Below are positions 11,161 through 26,067 of a stretch of DNA of 64,000 nt, piece by piece. Source of the stretch: the human T2T-CHM13v2.0 reference genome, Homo sapiens; the NCBI RefSeq assembly GCF_009914755.1, contig NC_060935.1; one strand, written 5' to 3'. A program made the translations under genes and the position numbers. Position 1 is the stretch's first letter, and each line of letters begins with the position of its first letter. A model generated the notes under the pieces. It saw nothing but the letters and a program-made list of their open reading frames with translations, was not told the DNA's origin and did not search any database.

Positions 11161-14100
11161 CTGTTCTGCGAAGGAGGGAGCCAGGAGGAGCAGCGTGAAC
11201 CTGCACAGAGGCCCCAGTGTGCCCACTGAGGGGAGTCTCAGAGTGGAGGCAGCCCCTTCCCACCCTCCTCTGGGCCAGCCTGGGTTCTCATTGGGGACAA
11301 TCGTACTCCAAGCTGGGATGGGGGTGGGGGTTCCAGAGAGCCCTCTCCAGTGACAGCCCCATCAGCAGTGGCCTCACCTTACCTGCAGCACACACAGCCC
11401 TTCGCCCAAGGCCAGCAGGCCCTTCCCTTCAGGCACTCTGGCAGGCAACCAGCCAGCACAGGCCGAGTCCCAGGCCAGTGTCTTCCTGAGTCCATGGGCT
11501 GGCCAGAAGAGATGAGGACTTACCTGGCCATCTTGGCCACCAAACTCCCAGGGACCCCGGCCCCTCATCCCCATCAACATTCTCCTTATTGCCCTTCTCA
11601 GACACCAGCTGCGACCAGCTTAAACAACAACGGCATTTTTCAGATGCCAACTTGGCAGCCTGTGGGCCTCTCAGGAGCCTAGATCCAGGTCCCCCGGCAG
11701 GAGTCTCCCTGACCTCCAGTCTCGGCTTCTCTCTGTAGGCCACCACCGCCTCCACGGTGGCAGCTGCACACACACCTGCCTCGGGCTCATGGCACTGCGG
11801 TCTCCTCTTCCCTGACATCCCCCAGACCCCTGCAGGCCTCGGCTCCAGCGCCAGCTCTGAAAAGCCCCTGGGATACAGCCCCTTCCCCCAGGAGCCCCCT
11901 GGTCCTCCTGCATAGCCCCATCCTATTATCCATCTATTTGCTGCTGTCTCCCCCAACCTTGCCCCTGCCACATGGGAGCCTTCCAAGGGCAGAGACCCTG
12001 TGCATCAGAGGCCCTGATGCCCACAGCGCCTCGTCCCAGCACCGAGGGGCAGGGGATTGGCGTGCACTGCATGGTCTGGAAGAGCAAACCCGCCATGACT
12101 TTATGACCCTTGTTATCACCTCCTTCTGTGGTCCAAAGCCCTGGAGCAGGGATCTGCGCACACTACAGACAGAGCCAGGCCTCACCTGCCCAGTGGTTAG
12201 GGTGGGGTGGGGAGGTGGGGCCGCAGGAGGGAACACTCTGGGTTCCCTCCTCCTCCTCCCTGGGTGTGGCCTACCCCCACCCCCCAACCCTGGCCCCTGC
12301 ACGGGGCTATCTTGGGCCACCCAGTGCAGGTGGCTGAGCCTCTGGCGATGGCTTGTGACTGGCCTGGGGCTCATCAAATGCCCGTTGCATGAAGCCTGCC
12401 TGGCTTCATGCATTGTTTTATGTGCATCTCAGGACTGGGGCAGCTGCCTGGGACAGAGATGCCTGCCAGGTCCCAGCCGCTGGGAATGGGGCTGTCTGAC
12501 TCTCCTGCAGTCCCTGCTTCCTCTGGTCCTGGCATTCAGCAGGAAGGAGGCTCAGGGATCAGTGCCCAGGCAGAGCAGGGTCTCCAGGGTCCCAAGGACA
12601 TGGGCCAACTAAGGTAGCCCAGGACATGGTCCCTGGAGTCGCCCTTCCTTGTGGCCCAGTATCCCCGGTCACTGCCATGTCCTCTGGGAGCCCATCTGAC
12701 AGCCCTAGCCGCAGCCTTCCTGTCCTGCTCCCTGTCCCTGGATGAAGGACTTGACCCCAGTTAGTCAAGTCCTTCATCCTTGACTTCCAGACCAGTTGTG
12801 CTCTCAGCTGGCACACCTGGCCTGAGCCGTGGGGCCCTCTGCCCACAATGCCCCCCACCCATCTGCACAGGGTGGGATCCTAGGGATCAAGGTCACCTGG
12901 TGGAGATGCCCCCTCCCCATCCACCTCTTGGCTTCTCACGTCACAACTCCATGTGTGTTTAGGGCCTCACTCACTTGTGGAAAGGACCCTGATGAGGCTG
13001 TGGTGGCCAGGTCCCTCCTCTCCCAAGTGGCTTGAAGTCCAAGTGACTGGGGTGCCCACTGGGGTCCCCCCCATTTCCATCTGATTCTATTTCCTAGAAG
13101 AAACAATGTGCACGACAGCCAAAGAAGACAAACAACCACAAAATCAGAAATGTGTTGTTTCTGCTGGATTTTTTCTTCTCTTAGAATTTTAGGGGAAGGA
13201 GGGCTACCGGCCACCGGTCTCCCCAGGTGAGCACCCTGGGTCCAGGCACCTTGTCCAGGCCATATCAGAGCCAGCCAGACCCTCCAGTGGCTTTCCCAGC
13301 AGCAGACTGCTGCTCCCTAGCCTCTGCCAGCAGGGCCAGCGGGGGTCCTGGCCCTTCGAGGCTCTTTCAGTAACATTTGCCTGCAGCTCTTAGAGCCCCA
13401 TTCCTTTCTCTCTCATGTAAGATCTTGTTGAGGTCTGATCTGGGGTTTTAGGGCAGAGTTGAGAGACTGAATCAACATTTCAACCTGTCTTCAGTTTTGT
13501 AACTTCACCTGATCCCTGTGATCCTGGGAAGGGGTGTTTAAGGCAATAAATGGCAAAATGCAAGCCATGCAATTTGATCCCAAAGCCCTGCTGACTCTAA
13601 GCAGCTCTTCAACTCATTCCTCCACGGTACACCCCTCCCAGCCCCAGCTTCTCTACCTCCCAGGCCGCTGCAGCCAGGCCGGTGCCCGCCACCTGCATTC
13701 CCACCCCTTCCAGTCCATTCTCCACCTGCAGCTGGAAGCATTAGGGCCTCGCCTGGGCCTGCCAAGGGCTGGATGCAAAGACAGGCTCTGACAGAGAAGA
13801 GGATTTTGGGGGAGGAAGCAGGAGAACATGAAAGAGGCTTCAGGCCACAATGAAGAGGCGACCCGCATGGAAGGAGAGAAGGAAGGAAACAGAAGTGGAC
13901 AGGAGGAGTCTCAAACTGCAGTGCTGTTCCACTAAGGTTCAGCCCTGCTGACTCTTTCAAGGGGGAAAAAAAAGCAGCTAAACTGGCTGAAGTAATCAAG
14001 AGGAAAAGGGGATAAATGCATACACAGGCATACACAGAGTAAGAGAATACAAATAGAGAGATAGCAACAGACACAGAGAGATAAGAGCATCACAAGAGAA

Positions 14101-15004
14101 TGCTTTGATCGGCTCTATGCAAATAAGTTTGTAAACTCAGATGAAACCAGTTCTTCCTGGAAAAAAAAAGAAGTAAGTCATAAAACTTAACTCTAGAAGA
14201 GACAGAAAAAAGAACAACTCCATCACCATTAAAAAAAAAAAAAAGTTCTTAATCCCCCTATCCCAGGCCGAAACATCACCAGGCCAGTAATTTCACATGG
14301 GAGTTCCATTGTCATTTGAGAGAACAGGAGATTTTAATACCATGTAAGCTGTTTCAAGGCATGGAAAAAGTAGAAGAGTTTCAAAAGTCTTTAGAAAAAG
14401 CTAGTGTAACACTGATACCAAATTCAATAAAGAGAGGACAAAAAGTTTTAAAAGGACCAACCAATCTCTTAAGAAAATTACAAATTTCTAAAATAAAATA
14501 TTACTAAATACTACAGAGTGATCGATAGATGTAGGAAAAGCATTGAACATAATCTAACATGCTTTCATGATAAGATATTCAGAATCAATAAACCAGGAGC
14601 AGAAGAGAACTTCCTCAACCTGATAAGAGCCATCTATGAAATTCGTATCTAACATCGTACTTAATGAAAAAAGAACAAACGCCTTCCTCCTAAAATCAAG
14701 AACAAGACAAGGATGTCTGCTCTCACCCTTCCATTCAACATTGTACTGGAAGTTCTAGCCAGGGCGATTAGGCAAGACAATGAAATAAAAGACATCCAGA
14801 TTGGAAAGGAAGTAAAAACTGTCTGTATTTGCAGATGACATGATCTTTTATGCAGAAAATCCTAAGAAACCCACTGAAAAAACTCTTCAAACTAATAAAT
14901 GAGTCCATCAATGTAGCTGGAAGCAAGATCAATGTACAAAAATTAATTGTATTTCTACACACTGGCAGTGAACTATCTATCTAAAAATAACATTAAAAAA
15001 ATCC

Positions 15005-15140
15005 CAGCATGTGAGGCAAGGTATAGGCAAATTAGCTTGATTTAGCCATTCCACAATGTATCCATATTTCAAAACATCTTGTTGTGTACCATAAATATAC
15101 ACAATTTTGTTTGTCAACTTACACAATAATAAAAAAATCC
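15005..15140 (+). mobile_element. Short L1MA-type 3' terminal fragment nested in the older L1
   Basis: aattagcttgatttagccattccacaatgta..accataaatatacacaatttt; flanked by AAAAAAATCC on both sides (TSD). Confidence 0.75.
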
Positions 15141-15319
15141 AATGGAAAAAAAGAAAAAGAAAACAACCCCATTTGTAATAGCAGCAAAAAGAATAAAACA
15201 CTCAAGAATAAACTTAAACAAATACAGTACTTGTACATTAAAAACTGCAAAACATTATTGAAATGAAAGAAATAAAAGATTACAATGAATGAAAAGATAT
15301 TGCTTGTTCCTGCTCATAA

Positions 15320-15754
<435 letters not shown>

Positions 15755-15832
15755 TGATTCTAATAGTCATATGGACCCAGAGTAACCAAAGTGATCTTGA
15801 AAAAGAAAATGTTGGGGGGCCACACTTCCAAC

Positions 15833-15991
15833 GGTTCCCTCTCCACAGGGGACAGATATAGCAGTGGGGTTGGCCAGGTGCTGGATGATGCCCACAGTTA
15901 ACAGGACAAAGGAGGACGCATTGATTCTGGAATGGGGAATCTATTCCCACACAAGGCAGCAAGCCCAGGGCTGACTGTGAGGACTTGACTA
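15833..15991 (+). repeat. Local direct duplicate of 16400-16549 inserted in L1 ORF2
   Basis: Manual alignment: about 10 substitutions plus small indels (net 9 nt longer than the donor). Confidence 0.9.
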
Positions 15992-16134
15992 GAACATTGA
16001 ACTTGCTACAAGCTGCAGTAACCAAGACTGGCACCGGCATGAAGATGGACATAGAGGAATAGAACAAAATAGAGTCAGAAATAAACCCTCAGATTGACAG
16101 CCAGTTGATTTCTGACAAGGGCACCAAGGCCGTT

Positions 16135-16635
16135 CGTCAAGCAGGTGGGAGCTGTTGTTCGTCACCAGGTGCAGAGGTCGGAGCGCTGCTGCTGGCTGCA
16201 TCTTGGTATCAGAGTCACCAAGAAAATCACAAGGCAGTCAGGCACTGGAGGGAAAACATTTCACTCACATGGAAAAGGGATGGAACAAGACCGGTCAGTG
16301 GTAGGCATTGGCCCCTCGTGGCCCAGTGGGTCCCTCTCAGCAGCCAATGCAGGGCAGTCGGCCTGCAGGCACCTTTCTTGTGCTGGGGTAGAAGGACCTG
16401 GTTCCCTCTCCACAGGGGACAGAAGGGGTTGGCCAGGTGCCAGATGATTCACACAGTTAGCAGGACAAAGGAGGACGCATTGATTCTGGAATGAGGAATC
16501 TATTCCCACACAAGCGGCAAGGCCAGCGCTGACTGTGAGGACTCGACTACTTGATGAGAAAGTGTGCCAGGCCCACAGCCCTTTCTTAGGTGGCTGGGCC
16601 TGGTCAGACTGCATGCAGAGACTGCCTTCCTGACA
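16135..16635 (-). mobile_element. Probable ERVL-type solo LTR (LTR40/41-like; family uncertain) inserted in L1
   Basis: ~500 bp non-L1 block. Minus strand starts TGTCAGGAAGGCAGTCTC and ends CTGCTTGACG. L1 rejoins across it (gccgtt|aatgaggga). Degenerate 5-bp TSD ccgtt/cgatg. Confidence 0.55.
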
Positions 16636-16781
16636 CGATGTAATGAGGGAGGGACGGCTCTCCAACAAATGATGCTCAACAATCGGACATCCACGTGCAA
16701 AAGAAGGAAGCTGGACCCCTTCCTTAGATCACAGACCTAAATATAAAGGTTGAAATTACAAAACTCCTATAAGAAAATCTA

Positions 16782-17511
<730 letters not shown>

Positions 17512-18639
17512 TTAAGTCATATATCTGATAAGGGAGTCATTTCTAGAATATACAAAGATCTCTTACACCTCAACAATAAAAAGATAAATCATCCAACCTA
17601 GAAATGGGCAATTGAAGAGACATTATATTTGAATAGACATTTCTCCTAAGAAGATATACAAAATGCCAGTAAGCACATTATAGATGTCTAACATCATGAG
17701 TTTTTACAGAAATGCAAGTCAAAACCGCAATGAGATGATACCACTTCACACCCACTAGGATGGCTTAAATTAAAAAGACAGACAATAGCAAGTGTTGGCA
17801 AAGATGTAGAGATATTAGAACCCCCATTCATTGCTGGTGGGAATGGAAAATGATGCAGCCACTTTTTAAAACAGTTTGGCAATTCCTCAAAATGGTAAAT
17901 GTAGAGTTACTATATGATCCAATAATTTTGATACCCAAGAGAAATGAAAACATATGACTACACAAAAACCTTTACATGAATATGCATAACAGCATTATTC
18001 ATAATACTCCAAAAGCAGAAACAACCCAGATGTCTGTCAACTAATAAAGTGGAATATTATTCAGCCATGAAAAAAGCTGGAGTACTGATGACACGTTGCA
18101 ACACGGATGAAGCTCAAAATCACTGGCTAAGCAAAAAGAAGCCAGTTACTGAAGAGCACAAATGGTGTAATTCCCTTTATTGCAGAATAGGCAAATCTGT
18201 AGAGGCAGAAAATAGATTGCATAAATGATTGCCTAGGGGTAGAGAAAGGGGAAGATGGGGAGTGACTATAAGGGCTATGGGGTGTGTTTTTGGGGTGATG
18301 AAATTGCCTAAAATTAGACTTTGGTCACTTTCTACAACTCTGTGAATGTGTACTTTAAATGGGTTAATTTTATAATATTTAAGTTATCACTCAATAAAGC
18401 CATAGAAAGAAAAGGAAAAAAAGGGTCAATTTTTCATATATATATATATATATATAAAATCCATGACACAAAAATGGATAAATTTGACTATACAAAAATT
18501 GTCATATATTAATGGCAAGGGATTCTGCAATGTCAAAAGAAAATAACTATATAAAATACAAGCCACTCGTAGCATAGATTGAGGGCTAATTTCTCTAATG
18601 AATAAGAGCTTTTATGAATTGATGAAACCAAGCGCCAGT

Positions 18640-18870
18640 GAATCTGGGGTAGGTTATGCAGCACTCACAAAACAGCCCGCAAATTGCAGTGGCTTAGAAC
18701 TGCAAGGGTTTTTTCTGGCTTGGGGTACGTGTCTGTCTAGGGTTTGTGGACATTCTCTGCTCGTCAGGTACTCAGGGACCCCATCAAACGTTGCCAGTCC
18801 ACCACACCAGGTAGAAAAGAAAGAGCTCCAAGGGCCTCCAACCGTCCATTAAATGTTCAACCTGGTAGTG
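18640..18870 (-). mobile_element. Old MLT1 (K/L-like) LTR fragment
   Basis: taggttatgcagcactcacaaaacagccc..cagtggcttagaac. Confidence 0.5.
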
Positions 18871-18974
18871 AAACATTTGTAGTTACCCCATGTATATCTG
18901 TATCCCTAGGCAGCAAAGTTAATTGCAAACTTTTGAATTGTATATACATGGAAATATACCATGTGCTTTCTTCT

Positions 18975-19315
<341 letters not shown>

Positions 19316-19844
19316 TAACCTAACCCCCTGTTACCGACATTCATTCCAGTTGTGGCTGCACCAGTAATTCACTCATCGTCCTGGCTGCATAGTACCCCCA
19401 ACGGCATGACCACGGCTGTGTATCCAGCCTTCTCCCACTTGGTTAATCCCAAGATTTTGCTGTTACAAGCAGAGAACAGCCTTGCCATGACAGCGTGCTC
19501 CGGGGACTCACTGGGTCGCAGCCCACGTGGCTACTTACAGCCCAGTGGTACCTATTTGTCTTCCAAAGTGTGATTCCAATGGACCCAGATCCCTCCACCC
19601 CGCTCTGCAGGTAGGATCTCCAGGTGCTTCCCAGCACTATTGTCAGGCATTGATAAAGGCAGACTCGTGACCTTTCAGCCGTCTTTTTGGTCCGTCTTTT
19701 TGGTACAAAATGGAATGCCTTTGTCGTGTGAATTCGCCTCCCCTAATTACTAATGAGCATTTCACCTGCTGACCGGCCACCCAGGCGTACCCTTCTCAGA
19801 GATCCCTGGTCACCTTCTTCTGTTCCCCTTTTCTATTAAATTGC

Positions 19845-20160
<316 letters not shown>

Positions 20161-21769
20161 TTATATCTTTTGAATTTCAAGCATGGGCACTACCTATTCA
20201 AAAACAAATGTAAAACACTGAATATATTATGGAGCTAATTGGACGTTAGAGTCCCCCATGGGGTGGGGTGGGTGATGTCATCATGCTGTGGCGTTCCCTA
20301 GGGACCTGGTCTCCACCCGGCCTCTGTCCTATCTCTGCTTTATTTTAACTTTCAAGGATGGATGTGACTTTCAGATGACTGATGGTTTCAGATTTTTTTG
20401 CTCCTTTTTTTTTTTTTTTGACATTATCCCCGGATCTTTTCAAAATAGTAATGACAGTAAAACAACAGAAAAGAACCATGTCAGAATTCTGATCACCATC
20501 ATTATTAAACACACACATTCCTTTTCCTTCAACCAATACGGAGCACCTCCTATGTGCCAGGCCCCGATTTAAAGACTGCACATAAGGATATTCCTGAGCT
20601 TTTGCTTCTTTTTCTGAGCTACCTTAAGCATCCCTCAACACACACATTTCCCAGGGAGGCAGTGGCAGCTCAGAGCTCAAAGCCGTAGAGGTTCTCAGGG
20701 CCTAGAGCCCGCGGAGGCGGAACCTCAAAGCCGTGTTCATGGACTCAGGGAATTTTCAGGCTCTGCAGAGACAGTCAGACTCCCCGGCCCAAGCACCCAG
20801 GGTGTGCTGAAAGTTTAGATGTCACGTCCCTAAAACGTCAGCCTGTCTGTTTCCAGCCCACGCCGCCCCAGGCTGGACTTTGGGAAGTTCTGAACAGCCC
20901 CAGCTTCGCTGCATTCCCCAACTCCCTGCAACCCAGCGTAAACAACTCTGCACTCAGCCGCTTGGAGAGGTTGCTAGGATATTATCGCTTTGGGAAATGC
21001 AGGAACCAAGTTTGGAGAGGCTGCACAGCAGAGGGAGGGGACACAGCTGCAAAGCGCCCATCCTCCAGCCAGGCCCTCTGGGGGTTCGCCGGACCCTTGG
21101 GTGCCCAGGGTCCGAGGCAGCGCGTGGCTCCCCACCTCCCCTGGCACCACCCACACCCCCTGGCCTGTGTGCTGTGAGAAGGGGTCACTCAGTTCTGGGA
21201 GAGCCCGTGGATAGCCGAGGCCTGGGCGCTGGGCAGACTCCCAGGCTCGTTAGCGTGGCCATCCCTGGCGTATTTCCGGCCACAGTGCGAGAATGGGGAA
21301 TGTTCTCTTTCATGGGCAGTGACCCCAGGATTTGCCATTTCTTATGTTTAAAGCTTGCGTTGATGGTCTGGCTGCCACCAACATTCTTCCCCCAGAGATA
21401 ATGAAGTACAAAAGCCGGATGAATGTGAGCTGGGGACCCAGAGCACCCAAGGAAGGACAAGGGAACTCAGAAGAGCGGTCACTGCCCATCCCCTCCCTGG
21501 CTGTGCCTGGTCTGAGGGGCTCCAGGGCAAATCTTTCCCATTCTCCGCAGGTGCTTCCTCGGAGCCTGCACACGCACCTGGCCCTTCTCCCTGGGTTGTC
21601 TTCCATCCACCCCAAAGCCTGTGTCCACTGGGCAGGTGGAACTTCTGCTTAGGAACCTGCCCAAAGTGGGAGGAAGCTGCCCCCTGTCGCCCCCATGACA
21701 GCAGGGACCACACTAGGCTGCAGCTGCCCCTGGTCTTGACTCTGTCCCCCTGACATGAGCTCTTCCTGC

Positions 21770-22135
21770 ACGCTTCAATTTATATTCTCCTTAGTATTCC
21801 TAAAGCTCAGCCACTGCCCACCACAAATTTTTTGTTTATGGATGTCCAGAATCTATTCAATCATTTCTCCTGTTTGTGAATGTTGAGGTTGTTTTTTGTC
21901 ACTACATAAAATGCTTCAATATGTATTTCTCCAAAGTGGGATTTGAGATTTTAAAACGTGCTTATTTTTATTAGGCGTGGCCAAATTAGATTCCAAGGAT
22001 TATGTAGCCCAAGCAATATCGAGCAGTATCTGTTTCCCTTATACTCCCACCAGTCCTAGGTGATGCTGGTATTTTTTGTTTTTTTAGTTTTTATTTCCTG
22101 GTTGTGTGATCGGTAAAAACAATACATCTTCGTAT
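21770..22135 (-). mobile_element. Old L1ME-like fragment
   Basis: T-rich degenerate antisense L1 3'-region motifs (attcaatcatttctcctgtt..; tttcccttatactcccaccagt). Confidence 0.45.
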
Positions 22136-22139
22136 CGTT

Positions 22140-22740
22140 TTGTTTTGTTTTTAATTTTTTTATTTCCATAGGTTATTGGGGAACAGGTGGTGTTTGCTTA
22201 CATGAGTAAGTTCCTTAGCGATGATTTGTGAGTTTTTGGTGCACCCATCACCCAAGCAGTATACACTGCACCCAACTTGTAGTCTTTTATCCCTCACCCC
22301 CTTCCCACCCTTTCCCCCGAGTCCCCAAAGTCCATTGTATCATTCTTATGCCTTTGCATCCTCATAGCTTAGCTCCCACTCATGAGTGAGAACACACGAT
22401 GTTTAGTTTTCCATTCCTGAGTTACTTCACTTAGAATAATAGTCTCCAGTCTCATCCAGGTTGCTATAAATGCCATTGCTTCATTCCTTTTCATGGCTCA
22501 GTAGTATTCCATCGTATATATATCCCACAGTTTCTTTATCCGCTCATTGATTGACGGGCATTTGGGCTGCTTGCACATTTTTGCAATTGTGAATTGTGCT
22601 GCTGTAAACATGCGTGTGCAGGTATCTTTCTCATATAATGACTTCTTTTCCTCTGGGTAGATACCCAGCAATGGGATTGCTGGGTCAAATGGTCTTTCTA
22701 CTTCTAGTTCTTTAAGGAATCTCCACACTGTTTTCCACAG
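22140..22740 (-). mobile_element. L1PB-type 3' end (~600 bp, 5' truncated)
   Basis: ccataggttattggggaacaggtggtgtttg; ORF 22498..22800(-) gives the ORF2 C-terminal motif LWKTVWRFLKEL..PFDPAIPLLGIYP. Confidence 0.9.
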
Positions 22741-22869
22741 CAAATTTTTACAAAAGATGGAAAAATAGTGGACTCCTGCTCTCAGCCCCAGAGGGGCCAA
22801 TGTGAGTGCAGGGGAATCACAGGAATCCCAAGACCAAGCCGCCCGAGACTGGGCTGGGCTCCCTGGGGG

Positions 22870-23050
22870 TGGGGCTTCTCACCCTTAGCACTACTAACAC
22901 TTGGGGCTGGAACCATCTTAGTTGTAGGGGGCTGTCCCGGCCTCTCCCCACTACATGCCAATGGTACCACCCAAGTTGTGACAACCAAAAGTATCTCCAG
23001 ACATAGCCAAAGTCCCCAGGGGGCAACTTCTTCCTGATGAAGAACCCCTG
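22870..23050 (+). mobile_element. MER20 (hAT-Charlie), internally deleted
   Basis: gttgtgacaaccaaaagtatctccagacatagccaaagtccccagggggcaa. Confidence 0.8.
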
Positions 23051-23427
23051 ACCTGAGCAGCCCACCCAATCCCTGGGAAGCTCCGCAGACCCCAGATAGC
23101 AGGAAGGAGGGAGGGAGAGAGCAAGGGTCCTGTCCGGATGTCAAGCTCTGCCTACCGAGGCCCTGGCTGGGCTGCTACCTCCCCACCCACTCAACACAGG
23201 AGCCGGAGGCTCCTTCTCAGGCCAAGTGGTTAGGGTTGAGTGGGAACGGCAGGGCTGAGTGCACAGTGCCTGTCTGGAGCCGGGCAGAAAAGCAAAAGGC
23301 CTTTACGGCAAAGGGGTGCATAGGAGTCGGCCGAAGGAGGGCTGACTCATTGGGGGAAGCCATGGCAGGGCCCCATGGCCCAGGACCACTGCCTGGGCAG
23401 CATCGTCAGCTCAGGGTACCCCCGTCC

Positions 23428-23585
23428 ACAGGCGGTGACCTTGGAAAAATCAGCAGAGCAAAGGCCAGGGACAGCCAGTGAGGGGGAGCCATGGCAGAGC
23501 TCAGACACAGGTGGTGACCCTGGAAAAATAAGCAGAGCAAAAGCCAGGGAAAACCGGCGAAGGGGGGCCATGGCAGAGCTCAGGC
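23428..23585 (+). repeat. Two-copy ~79 bp tandem duplication
   Basis: ggtgaccYtggaaaaat.agcagagcaaa.gccaggga...gccatggcagagctcag twice. Confidence 0.85.
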
Positions 23586-24297
23586 CGCATTCATGCTGGA
23601 GGTCAGGACCAGAGCCTGCTGCCACCTGGCTCATCTCAGGAGGGAAAGTGGCTCTGCAGAGATGGCAAATGTGTCTGCTCTCCCCCACCTGCGCCACACT
23701 GCCCCGCAGCATCACTTCCCGCCCTACACCTGCCATGACTCCCTAGCTGCTCACCCCACCTCCATCCTGCCCCCTCCGATGCATGCCCCACCCCAAAAGC
23801 AAACCCTGCTATGCCTTTTGGAGGCTCACCTCCTGTCCTCTGCAGCCTTCAGGCCTCAACTCAAGTGTGCCCTGCCCTCCCCAGCAAGGACAAATGCGTG
23901 CAGGTGTTGGGGACCACTCTGTCTCCATCAACTCCAGATGTTGTTTTCCACGTTTGTGTACATTTTTGATCAATGTCTGATTTCCCATTGGATTTTAATC
24001 TCCAGGAAGGTAGGCTGGGCTGTGGTTTGCTAAACTGTCTATCTCCAGCACCAAATAGTAACTGTACCATAGGCTGGGCTCCACAGTCATTGGGTGGGTA
24101 AATGAATGGATTAAATAGGCGTGGACAAGGGCTGTCTCTCCTGGCTGCAGAGGGCAAGATTCCAGACTGCAGTCAGCTCTTGAGGGCACCATGCAGCCCA
24201 GACACTGGTGCCCCAAGCGGCTTCTCCTCTAGATGGTGGAAACCTTTGAAGGCCGGCGATGGCACTGGGGGACCATCTGTAGGACAGTGGGGAGCCT

Positions 24298-24365
24298 GAG
24301 GTCTCAGTTAGGTGTTGAGGCTGAGCCAGGTGTTGAGGCTGAGGTCTCAGTTTGGTGTTGAGGCT
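24298..24365 (+). repeat. Short compound tandem repeat (ggtgttgaggct x3)
   Basis: Direct. Confidence 0.75.
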
Positions 24366-25118
24366 AGATCAGGTCTACTCCAGAGAAGGGAAGGCCACTA
24401 GGGGTCACCAAGGCTACTGCCGTGAATTCAGTCCACTGCTGAGACCTGGCAGAGGTTGGGTGAAACTAGTCTGGCAGGCAGGAAGCAGGGAACACAAAGG
24501 GATCCGTGAAAGTTGAGCTTTGTGAGTGGAATTCCTTCAGAGCCTGAGGCCTGAGGAGTCTCCCAGTGGCCTGTGTGAAAATGGGAAGTGGCGTGGGGGG
24601 AGTGGATGTTCCCACTGCACAGGGAGGAGACACAGAGGACAGGAAGCTTGCTCTGCCCAGGGTCCCTCCTGCCTCCTGGGGAAGCTGACCTGAGCGAGGT
24701 GGGGGCCACATCCAAGGGGCCCTGAGGCCGCCTCAGCCTGCTGCTGTTTCCCACGCCTCGTCCTCAGCTGCAATGGAGAGACCAGGTCCCAGGAGGGAGG
24801 CTATTACAGGGCTTGACCCAGGCAAACCCGGAAGCCAGTGCCGGGAGTCTCCGAGGACCAGCCCTGTGAGAACAACCGTAAAGACTCCCCGCTGAGAGGC
24901 TTAAGAGACTGCCTCAGTGCCCACTCTGTGTCTGCCGGGCACTGGCCCCAGAACAAGGCCCTGTCCCAGGCTGGCCCCCGGGCTGGCTTCAGATCTTGGT
25001 CCCAGGATCCTGGAAAGCCCTTCCCAACTTCAACCCTTGGGCTCCAGTCATTGAAAGAGAAGAAGCCCGTTCTCCATGGGTGTGCTGGAGGTGCTGGGGG
25101 TGCTGAGGGTGTTGTTTG

Positions 25119-25297
25119 AAGGTGGGAGCCAGGGGAGGGCCCTCTGGGTTCTTCCAGCTCAGCAAAGGGTGGGGTAACAGCATAGAAACGTGGTGTTCTT
25201 TTTGCATGACCAGGTGGAAGATTAAAATCGCCCCTGGTAGAAAGGAGTCTAGTCTTGCCAGTGCTGCAGATTCTCGGTAAGATAACTTCAAATGCTT
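25119..25297 (+). repeat. Left arm of 179-bp inverted repeat
   Basis: Reverse complement of 26068-26246; 5 mismatches and no gaps by manual alignment. Confidence 0.97.
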
Positions 25298-26067
25298 CTG
25301 CCACCAAGTCTCCCGACAAACACACATCTCCCTGGAAATGCAGACTCCCACTGATAAAGCCATCAGCACCTCACATGACAATGGGGTCCCTCCTTTTTAC
25401 TCACTCTGGAACTGTGCCTGCTCAGGAGCCTGCAGGGTGCGGACAGGGCAGGAGGGTCACCTCCCGACCATGTGGTGCCGCATGCTTAGTGTCTAGGGAA
25501 TGGAAAGGGCTGGCAAAGAGTCAGGCCCCCAGACCCCAGCCAAGCTGCACAGGGTTTTGGAAGAGGCTCCTAGCCGGGGTGCAGAAGGGGCTGGAACACT
25601 AGAGGAACTGAGACAGAAGCCCCGTGAGCAGAATGAGCACACACAGGGGAGTTCACAAAGGCTGCTGTTCTCTAGGGCTCCGGAGGCCAAGGTCCTCACT
25701 AGACCAACCCTTGGCAGCACCAGCCGATCCACCACCTGCCAGTGCCAGGGGCTCTGGGCTCTGGGCTCCAGGTCAGAGAAGGCCGGGGCTGGGAGAAGAC
25801 CTTATCCCCCACACCATGGAGGAAAGCACTCTCAGGACCCCACGCCTGCTGTCTGTGGGCCTTCCTTCTCTCTGGTCAGATGTCAGGACTCCCTGGAGCA
25901 AAATGGTAGCAGCAGTGGGAAGTCTTTCTCAGTGTCCTCTGCACCTTCCGTTGAATCCCCGCCTCCCTCCTTCCTCCAGGCCTCATCATCTCCTATAAGA
26001 CAGGGCTGGCTCCACTGCCCCACCTGCTTTCACATTTCTGTCACTTGGTGGAACCATGTATCACGTT

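Noticed and set aside
14700-14960. Reverse transcriptase FADD motif
   Set aside because: Decayed L1 ORF2 with frameshifts and stops; not an active or domesticated RT system.
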